NCBI GenBank assembly: GCA_038496445.1
Contig: JALMLS010000548.1
Location: forward strand, 1 to 64,000
Direction of reading: 5' to 3'
DNA length: 64,000 nucleotides
Source: Trichosphaerium sp. ATCC 40318
Lineage: Eukaryota > Protista > Tubulinea
Part shown: positions 51,201-61,500 of the stretch, piece by piece
How the letters are laid out: every line of letters starts with the position of its first letter
Position numbering within the stretch: position 1 is the stretch's first letter
The notes under the pieces: generated by a model
What the model was told of the DNA's origin: nothing
Seen by the model: the letters and a program-made list of their open reading frames with translations, nothing else
Databases searched by the model: none
Made by a program: the position numbers and the translations under genes

Positions 51201-53729
51201 TACAAACCACAAATATTTGATTTCTTGCTTTTTTCTCAACCTTGTGTTTTTGTTTTGTTCCTTACTCGATGTCACTAATCTTTTTTGTTTTCTTAGCACC
51301 TGAGATTTGGCTCAACCCTAATGTATTCTGTGAGTGTAAGCTTGAAGGTACTGATGAGGAGAACAAAAAAGATGAGGCCAATGCTAAAATGCTTGGTAAA
51401 TTTTTGATTGAAGTACTCATCCCAAAAACGGTACGTGACTAAAACACCCGAAAACACGAAAAAATACTTACAGTCTTGTCACTAGATCGCTGAAGAATTG
51501 ACTCGGTCTCAAATGCCTATTGATGGTCAGACATTGACTACCTTGCTTCACAGTAAAGGTATTAATTTAAGATACCTTGGTTACATTACAAAAATGTGTG
51601 ATGAAACACCAAGAGGCAATGGCTTGAAGGTACAATCAAAAAGATTTTGTTGTTTTTTTTTCTCATGTAAATTGGCTTACCTTCCTTCCTTTAGATGCTC
51701 TGCATTCGTGAGATGGTCACACGCGCAGCAAAATTATTGTTGAATGACCTCATGTTTGAGATTCGTCCTGAACAACTCGCAGCTGTTATCACCCACTTTT
51801 TGAACTGTTTCTTTGATAGGAAGAATGTCATCAAGGGTAAAAATGGTCACAGGTACGTTATAGAGAACCTTAAAAATCATTTTAAGTTAACATTGTACTC
51901 AGGTCTGGTATTTCACCTTCAGTAGCCAATCAACTACCTGTTGATGTCAACAAACATCTACGAAGACTTCAAATCGCTGATAAATTGGGCAAAGATCAAA
52001 AAGCCAAAGACCACACTCAATCACCTCTCACACTCACCCATGACGCCATTTGGCTATGGATTCGTATTGTACGTGGTTAAACAACCTCTAGCAAACAGAA
52101 AAGCAAACAAACAACAAACTAATCCTTCTCTTAGCTTGTTGAGGATAAATACAACTACAATATCCCAGAGTACATCCCTAACGAGATATACACCCTAGCT
52201 ACATTACGCTCAATCTGTTATAAATGTGGTATTCAATTATTTGCACGTAAATATGCGCTTGATTCGCGTACACCTTTCACAATGAGTGATATTCTTGATA
52301 TGTATCCAATTGTTAAACACGCTGCTCCACAAGTACGTAAAACATTACAGAACTGTTTATAATGAAGTATGTTTTTGTACTCACTGTTTTTCTTTAGTGC
52401 AGCTACGAGGCTACCTTGTCTGATATGGCAAAACAGTGTATAACTGATAACCGCTTGGATCTTGCTTTTGAACGCTTAAGCGAGAGCCTTGCTATATGCC
52501 ATCAAGTCTACGGACCAATGAACCGTGAAACAGCTCAATGCTATGCGTAAGTTGATATATCTTTAAACTTGTATTTACACGCTTTCTAGTAATATGGCTA
52601 TGGTCCTCTACCATGCTGGTGACTACAAACAAGCATTGCTCCACCAAGAGCGCGCTGTAGTCATTAACGAAAAAGTACAAGTACGTCACTCGTATTTTTT
52701 TTCTATTTGAGTATTCCTAACAATCTTATAGGGTCTTGACCACTTCGAGACTGCTCATGCTTATGGTAACCTCGCCTTGTTCAGTCATCACCTCGGTGAT
52801 ACCGAACTTGGGCTCCGTTACGTCACTAGAGCGTTGTACTTAGAAGAACTTGCCTCAGGCAACATTGATCACCCTGACATTGCCCAACATTATGTACGAC
52901 AACACTTTTTTTTGTTGCAGTCACAACTTCCTCTGACGTTTTGTTTTAACAGACGAACATTGGTATGATGCTTCAAGACTTGAAGAAGCACAGCCTTTGC
53001 TTAAAATATCTCCGTATCGCATTAGCTATCCATGAACGTCTTTCTGGAACCGAATCTATTGCTGCAGCTCAAGCGTACGTCTTTTTAAACTGTTGTTCTT
53101 GTTTTAGTGTTTTTTTTTTTGAAAACAGACTTTTTCTTCATGTTTATTGTTCGCTTATAATGTTGTTAAAGTTGTCACTGGATCGCTCACGCTTTATCTC
53201 TTAATGAGAGCTTCGGTGAAGCGCTTAAATTTGAGCGTAGAAACTACGATATTCTCATCAAAACAGTCGGCACAATGCATATTCGTACCATTGAATCCAA
53301 CATCTGGTTGAAGCAAATTACAACTAGTGCCGTTGCAGAGAAGGTACGTGTTACAATATGCTTTTTAAGTCTTTATTATCTTTTTTCTTTTGGCAACAAG
53401 ACACCTCTTTCTAACTGTCGTTTAGCGTCAGCAACTCAGAGCAAAGGAAACAGGAAAACGTCAAGCCATTAAGGTATGTTATTTGAAAAAAAACCTCAGT
53501 CACATCTAGATGGTGTCAATTTGGTTTTTTTCGTTATGATTCTAAGTTTTTGTTTAATTAGGGAGCTACACCATTAGCTAAAATGATGGACAAACTTGAC
53601 ACAAAAGAAACAGCCGCTGAAGAAGAAACAAGCACTGCTAAGAGTACTACCAAGCGCCCAGGTAGAGGACAATTATCTGCAAATGGCAACAAATCCAGAC
53701 GACGAAAAAAGAATAAATCAAGACGATAA
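48253..53729 (+). CDS. CLU1: Clustered mitochondria protein (CLU1/CLUH), TPR C-terminus
   Basis: [74 protein letters not shown]. Confidence 0.95.
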
Positions 53730-54244
53730 ATAAGAACCCAACCAAAAAAAAGCCCAACATACATTATACAATAAGTGACGAACGCCTGTTTTTTTTTACA
53801 AAGAGCCCATGCCTGGCGAACAACCTGAACCAATTCCAATATTTGGTTGATGATTCGATTGCATTTTTTTTCAAACAAATCCCAAAGGGTATTTGGTTAC
53901 CAAAGCAACTTCGATAACCATCAAACCAAACAAAAAAAAAGTAAAAATAAAAGGTCACTTCTCAGTAAACCGTTGCCTTTCACTACACAACTTGCTGGCC
54001 TTAGCACCTATTGTAAGGAATATTTACAACCTCACCTTTCAGGAGTAGTGCAACAATGAAACGGGAAGCTACAATCAATGTCAAGTTTACTTCACTGAAC
54101 ATTATCTGTAATAAGTGATGGCACTCTAACATCAAAGTTATAGCTTACGAATGGAATTACCAATCCCAAAACGCGGAATGTGTCAGAGTATTACAGCACC
54201 GAATTGTATTGACTTTAATTGGGCTGTTTAGACAACGCCAAACA

Positions 54245-55072
54245 ATGAGCTTGCTTACTATTCTACAACTTCCTATAGAAATACAATACCAGATTATACA
54301 TACTGATAACTTTGTGTATATTAAATGGCCACTGCTTTGCTTCCAAACGGCTATAACATCAAGGTTTGATAATAAGTTAAATAAACAAGGAAAAACTGTT
54401 AGACACAACACCATACCGCGTAAATCTATAACAACAGCTTATTTTGTGGATGGTTTACTCCATGGACCATGTACAACCAAATATATAGATGGTAGCGATT
54501 CCTTGAAGTGCGAGCACTATCACAAAGGACTAAAACACGGAAGATGGACTTGGCAGAGCCAAAAGGATAAACTATCTCAAGAATGGATATATGAGCATGG
54601 TGTGGAGGTTAAATTTACAGACTGGTACATCAATGGCCATGTGCGTACAATATCACGTGATGTTGGAGAGAATAAGCACTTTAACAAACATGGTGACCTT
54701 ATTATACACTTTTTTAACGATGAGCAAGGTGAAAGACATGGAGACTACAAGCAATGGCACATCAATAGACAACTAAGATTATGGTACAAGTATAAGAATG
54801 GAAAACGTCATGGCGTACAGAGGGAGTGGCATCCAGAAGGAACAATTAAAGAAATGTATTGTACAAAGGATGGTAGGAGGCATGGATCTTATGAAGCATA
54901 CTTTACAAACGGAACAAACAAAAAAGTATGTACATACAAAGAAGGATTTCTTGATGGTGAGTACAAGAGGTGGACAGACTTTGGTCATCTCGATTATCAC
55001 GAGATGTATTCAATGGGTAAGAAAATACCAATTAGTACGACACAAAATATACCACAGTGCATAACTATGTAA
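54245..55072 (+). CDS. Intronless MORN-variant (YwqK-like) repeat protein with F-box-like N-terminus
   Basis: LLTILQLPIEIQYQII at the N-terminus, then repeats such as YKNGKRHGVQREWHPEG and YKEGFLDGEYKRW. Confidence 0.8.
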   Translation: MSLLTILQLPIEIQYQIIHTDNFVYIKWPLLCFQTAITSRFDNKLNKQGKTVRHNTIPRKSITTAYFVDGLLHGPCTTKYIDGSDSLKCEHYHKGLKHGRWTWQSQKDKLSQEWIYEHGVEVKFTDWYINGHVRTISRDVGENKHFNKHGDLIIHFFNDEQGERHGDYKQWHINRQLRLWYKYKNGKRHGVQREWHPEGTIKEMYCTKDGRRHGSYEAYFTNGTNKKVCTYKEGFLDGEYKRWTDFGHLDYHEMYSMGKKIPISTTQNIPQCITM

Positions 55073-55803
55073 ATTAAAAATATAGCACATCCACATTATA
55101 AAATAGCAATTAAAATGCCTCAAAGATTTTGAAATCTCAAACTGTTTGAAACTGTCCCATAAGCGATGCTGCCTACCAACTAAAACTCAGCAAACTCTCC
55201 TCAACTGATACTTAATCCCTTAAAAAGAAACTTCGATACAACACGGGAAATTACACATGCGAGTAACTACTACAACTGTTATGCAAAAGCTATCTACAAT
55301 CAAAAACTATACGCCCACCAACAGGTTTTAAGAATAGTAGCAAAATTAGTCCGTGTATTTCCGTGTTTGGCAGTGAGAATACGAGATGACATTGGCAATA
55401 AGTAGTGTACAGCTAGAGAAAATGCAAGGATTATGTTGGAGATTTTGTCCAAGTGTACACAGGATTTGACCCGGATTATATTCCTAATTTGAACATGTTT
55501 TTGTTCGCCTGTGAGCTAGTAGTTCGTTCCACCTACATCAACATTGCTTCAGTTATCTGCTAGCACTGTATTGAGGTATGAAAATAATATAGATTTGAGT
55601 AATGACTACCTATCGATAGTTTTTTTATTGATAATCTCGGTCAAGTCCATAGCTGTGCGGTCAAAGGACGCCTGTTATTTCCACCTTTTAAACTCACATT
55701 ACAGGTACACACAAATCTTAACATGAATTTATTCTGACATAGCTAGAGTTTACAAATCTTAGCGCAAAGCGTCATTACGAGCTAATGTTTTTGATCCCAA
55801 GTG

Positions 55804-56277
55804 TTAACTACCAAAGCTGACGAAATATGATCCATCATCACGCTTACTGAACCCTTCAAAGCATACATGGTGAATATCTATACTTCCCCTTTCTTTTGCG
55901 TCAATGATTCGATCACGTCGTGTCATTGTAGCTACATTATCAAACAACTCACGTACTGTAAAGTACTCACCGTTCTTGGCTTCAAAATCCATTGTAGTAG
56001 CATATCCACGGAGTGTTATGTTCTTTCCATTAAATCCAATTGATTTAAACTCTTCAGGCGTAACATCTCTATGGTCGCCTGTACCCTCATCATAGTAAGA
56101 AAAGTGCTCCAATACACATTCAGTTATAGTAGCATTTGGATCAGCAACTTGATTTGCGACAAAAATACTTGTGTTTGGTATTTGGCCCATTGCGCGTTGA
56201 GATGTTACTTGTATATTTAGCATAGCTTGAGCATTATCAAAAAATGGTGACATTGTGTTCTTGTCAACTTGCTGCAT
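55804..56277 (-). CDS. Intronless hypothetical protein, 157 aa
   Basis: Clean ATG-to-stop ORF with globular composition; C-terminal motif FTVRELF...IDIHHVCFEGF...YFVSFGS. Confidence 0.7.
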   Translation of the reverse strand: MQQVDKNTMSPFFDNAQAMLNIQVTSQRAMGQIPNTSIFVANQVADPNATITECVLEHFSYYDEGTGDHRDVTPEEFKSIGFNGKNITLRGYATTMDFEAKNGEYFTVRELFDNVATMTRRDRIIDAKERGSIDIHHVCFEGFSKRDDGSYFVSFGS

Positions 56278-56638
56278 TGTTTGTATTTTTGTGTATTAAA
56301 TAACTCGGTGTTAACACAATTGTTAAAATCAGTTCAACGAAATTGAAACACAAAATGACTTTTTGTTTTTCTTGGTATTGAACCTTGTAAAAAAACCAAC
56401 CATAAAATAGTTTCCGTGATTGTTGTTTAATAGACGTATAAACGCTGAACTTACCATGACCAAAATATACGAGTTTTCTGAGTCATTAATATCCATTCAA
56501 AGAAGTTGGCCTGAGACACAACGTTAAACAAAATACTATTACAGTGAACTTCTGTTTTAATATTTCTGACTTTATTTTTTTGGGCACGGTGAAACTAAAA
56601 AAATACATTTTTCTTGGACTACACAAGTGTGATCACAG

Positions 56639-58455
56639 TCACGTTTTCTTTTCAAACCAAGACATCAAGTTTTTTTTTGGTACACTTTGGGAAACAGTGT
56701 TTGTCATTGTACCCATTCTCGAAAAGATTGTACCAAGCAACTCAGCATCTTCAAGAGCTGAATGTGCACGGAAGTTTTTTAAAGAAATCTTGTAATGAAT
56801 AGCCAAATCAACAAGCGCATAAGAGTGTCGAGGGAACTTTTTTCTATAATATCGCATTGTGCAAAAGACAGGTCTGTCCTGAAGTAAATCGTGTAGTCCT
56901 TGTCGCTCCAAGTCTTGTAATAACATACGCATATCAAACCTTGCATTGTGTGCTACCTAGACAACAACGACAATAAGCTGGTATAACAGGAATAAAACAA
57001 AGTTTTATGTTTTTGTTTTTCGTACTAAAGGCGAAGTTCCAACCCAAGACATGAACGAGCTAAAGATACATTAAACCAATTTTCCTCAAGAACAAGATAT
57101 CACATACCCGAGGACAAAATCTAAAGTTGGCGCATGAGCCAGTTTTTCGTTACTCAAGCCATGAACAGCGAATGCTTTGGGATGAACACGTGCCTTTCAA
57201 AAAAAAGTGAGTTAAAAAATAGTTATCCACAAGTCCACTCACTTTTGGTCTAATGTATGATTGAAATAAAGCTCCTGTGCGTTTACCATTTATGAGTTCA
57301 ACAGCTCCAATTTCAATAACATTATCATAAGAAGCAAAACCTCTAGGAGACAGAGTAAAACAAAGAGAAATTTGATTTGTTTCCAAAAAGGTCAGAAAAA
57401 AAAGTATCACAAAACTGTTTGGTTTAAACTTGTCACGCACGTTGATTCTACATCGAAACAAATCCATCTACCTGATGTATCTACATTCTCTACATCTTTA
57501 TATACATATTTACGTTTTGGAGGTGCAATGACGATTGGTGAATCATCAAGAAGACTTATTGCATCAATTTCATCAAATAACTGAGAACAAGCCTCACGCT
57601 TGTAAGCTTCTTTTCTACAATTTCTATCTTGGCTCAACTCCCGTTGTTTCTACACATACACTCATACATAAGCATTGTATTATCAACAAACTATATCACT
57701 TACAGTTGCGAGCTTCTCTTGATCTTGCATCCAATCAGGTAATTTCCTAGATGGTGCAGGCTCCTTAAGTTTGGGCTTCTGAGGCGTTGACCATGATTCT
57801 AATAATTCAAAATGTCATTCGACGTTGTGTTAAGTAAGTGCTATCTGTAGAGTACCATTTATAGTAAGGTCTATAGATAAAGGCTGAGATGTCGGTCCAG
57901 ACAGGCTTTGTGGTTGTTTATTCTTTATCGGTGATGCAGAACCGAACAAGTTACTGTATGAGCTATAAAAAGGAGTCAATAGAACGTCTGGCGTTAGTAA
58001 CTTTTCTGCGAAACTACTACATTGCTGGCAATGTGTAAAAAAACTGTTCGAAAGATAGCCGTGGATTATGGTTGGAGCGTACTCTGTTCGATTATCAACC
58101 TTGTCATTCGATGGTAGCATCTCAAGGGAGGCTTTACGCTGAAACTCAGCTTCTATATCGAACTCTTGAGTCCCCAATCCCTCGTTGTCCTTTTTTTCTA
58201 CCTGGTCGGTAAAACATGCTGATATCTCGTGTTGGAGTACTTACTGCTTGATCTACAGCCATTTCATCGTTTCCCACGTTAAATTCGAAGGAATCCTGTG
58301 AAGACACGTCCAACTGCGCGGTTACGTAAGTACGATAGCGTACGTTATGGACTTGCGTCTATACTACCCGAGCTAGGCTTTTCCGGTTTACCCTCTTCTA
58401 GTGGCGTCGGCTGTCGCTCCAGATCCATCATAAAATCAATGAGATCGTTTGACAT
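56639..58455 (-). CDS. DEDDh 3'-5' exonuclease resembling bacterial DnaQ (Pol III epsilon), with long low-complexity N-terminus
   Basis: WICFDVESTG, VIEIGAVELINGKRTG, AFAVHGLS, VAHNARFD, FCTM, AHSALEDAELL. 5' exons and 3' end are approximate. Confidence 0.85.
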
Positions 58456-58545
58456 GGTGTGTTGGTTGTTACATGAATCTTACAATTTTTGGCGGTCTTT
58501 CGTTTTCGTTAGCGACCTTTAAAACCGTCCCATGACACTGACAAT

Positions 58546-61500
58546 ATGGCGAATACTATCCTAGAGGCCTACTTGGATGAATTGGATAGTTTAATAGAAA
58601 ATGAACAAGAAGAGCGTGATGCGGTTGCTATCACCCAAGATCTAGCCAACGTTGTCAAAAATGAAGTATTACAGGAAGATTTGAGTACAACACATTAACT
58701 TTCGAATAATCTGTAACGTAACTACCAGATTTGTGCAGTTCGCTTCTTTTACAGTCTAACAAGAGCGTCCTAAAATTCCTACAAAAGACGACAACTCCAT
58801 CATTCAAACACTTTAACAAAGCCAGAGAAGAACTGTTAAGGCTCGTTAATGACTATGTAAAGATCCTTGGACCCGGTGGCGTACAAGAGTTCGCTATTGA
58901 CATAAAAGTACAAATAACATTTTTATATTCAGTATTAATGATCTAACACGATCAAGGATACTTGTGTAGGTATTTTCAGGCGTGAGACACAATCGCGAGT
59001 GAGATCAGTACGTGCTAAACCGAGTTTTTTTATTTTTTTGATAATTGTTTTTCGCGCGTTTGTTTAAATTCTGAGCTTATTCTTAGGCTACGTTCTTGCC
59101 TATCATTACAATAATAAGGTATTATACTTTTATTGAAAAAAAATCAGTTAACGTCACGTGTAGGTTTAAAGTAAAGTTTTTGGATGCTGAGAAATTTGGC
59201 GTGAGAGAAATGGCTGACGTGTATCCTTAAAAAAAGACTGTTTTGGAAAGTGATTACTCTTTTTTTTCTCCATCACACCAGAACGACTTTATGTTCTCTT
59301 TGTTCTCCAGAATAACGGTAGCAAAAAGAATTTGAAGGATTTCAACTGTTTTGCTTGTTTTTTTCTTGTTTATTTTTCCTTGACGCTTTCAGATACGTGA
59401 GGGAGTTTAAAGTTGGACAATCTATGCTACAAACATTACAAGGGAATATACTAGATTTCTTGGGAATTTTGACAGAGTATTATCCTGAACACTTGTTTGA
59501 TAAGTCTAAAGAAATCCAATTCTTGCTACTTGAGTCATTATCTAGCCAATTCCGATCAAAGAAAGCACCTAAACTTAGCATTATAGTTGGTAGTATCAAA
59601 GGTATGTTTTATGCTAAATAGCTACTTGAGGAATAAGCGAGGTACTCACTGACACCTGTAGGTTTACGCTCTTACCTTGTACATTTCTCCGGCGATTTTT
59701 TCGTGGATCCAAAAAATGTAGAGTTAGCATACCGTTGTATTATCAACGGTTCGTTAAATCGAGATGTGGAGGCTGTTTCTAAAAACTATAACTTACCAAA
59801 AGGCACGTGGAAGTTAACCAACTGCGTTTGTATCGAAGTAAAAATTGACATCTGTTTAGCTGCGTTGCGCTTCATTGCAAGACATGCCAGTATATTTAAA
59901 CGCTACATAACAGAGCGAAGTAATATTGTTTACACTTCTATTCGACATTACTGTACCCATCGAGATAATAAGGTCAGATGGGCAGCCTTCCCTGCTCTAG
60001 AAGCTGTACTGGTACTGAACAGAAATTCCTTGTATTTTTTTTTGTTTGACTTCTTGATAGGTCCAAGTGTCAAATGAGCTCGTGTCAGGCGGTAGGAACA
60101 TTCAAAGTAACATGGAGACATACAAGGTAATCGAAGGGTTTGTTAAGATTTACTAATTATTTAAAGTTCTTTATGCAAGAGTTTTGGCATGGCGTTGATT
60201 CTCAGGTGAGTAGTATAAATCAAGTGTCTATTTATATTCGCGGATTTGGTCGATTTGCTGCGCCTACTAGAAAGTTTTTGGATGTCTCTGAGGTAAAACG
60301 TATGCTTCATAAGCTGTTCTTGTATTCCGAGCGTTATTACTCCGGGTACGCTTGATTTTTTTTAGCTGACACGTGATCTCTTTATTTTTTAACGCTCTGT
60401 AACTTTTTGTTTACAACGTAATTATAGGACTTCCAATGTATTTGAAAATATGGAAGATACAATAGAACACTTGCCTAGTTTCATTAATGCATTTGCAAAT
60501 ATTCTCCTTGAACTGGATGATATTGAAGAGTCTTACTTGGAAAATCTTGAGCGTGTTATTGGTAAGGCTTTAATTTTGCAATTCAAGCAGTAAACTTTTG
60601 CAAAGTCTTACTGTTATGTTTTTTACAGGCACATTTTTTATGGTATTTCCTCAATTGTATGAAAAGCAACGAAAGAAACACTACGAGTACGGTTATAATC
60701 ACGTGATTTTTTTTTCCCTTTGTTTTTCTGTTAAACCTTGAATTTCAGGGCTCTGGCAAGATTGTTTATATCTTTGTACTCAAAGAATGCTTCGTTAAAG
60801 AACTTACTTCGCGGTGTTGTATTTCAGGTACAAGAACTTAATTTTTGTTGGATTGATTTTATTGATGAAATGGTTAGGGCCTTACACTTACTTTCTCAAA
60901 ACCGATGCCTACACGTAGAACACAGTATTCAGGTTGGTCAAATCAAAACGAATTATACAGAGAATATCAACACTTGTGGCGTAACTTCTTGGACCCAAAG
61001 ACACCAGAAGGTAAGAAACGTATGTTGAATCTGGAGATAACCGTACTTTTCGTATAGATTTGAACTTCCCTGAAGACCAGCGAAAGCATTTGTGTTCAAT
61101 TTTATACGACAGCTTCATGTCAGCAACATTAGAGATCCTTAAAAAGTTGGAGTTGCGCTATATTGTGCAACAAACAGACGAGCCTGATCTCAAGAAAAAT
61201 GAGAAAAAAGAAGGAAAAGAGGAGGAAGCAAAGCCTAAGGCCGCTGCTGAAGGTGATGGGAAAAGTGTATGGTATATCCAATGTTAATACAAGGATTAAC
61301 TCTATAACTATAGGAGGCTGCAGACGCAATGGATGTAACTGCATTACGTCCAACAAGTCCAAAGGACTTTGAACTATTTTTAAACATGGTGTCGTTTTGT
61401 AAACTCATATTACCGGATGTGCATCAAGACTTCTTTGGTAGATGGCTGTATTTACTAGGCAAAGAGATTGTTACCAAATCTAACAAGTTTCCATTAAGTA

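Noticed and set aside
42827-56392. AACCTTGTAAAA occurring at 42827, 44049 and 56381
   Set aside because: An AT-rich 12-mer; some triplicated 12-mers are expected by chance in 64 kb, and the flanks share nothing else.
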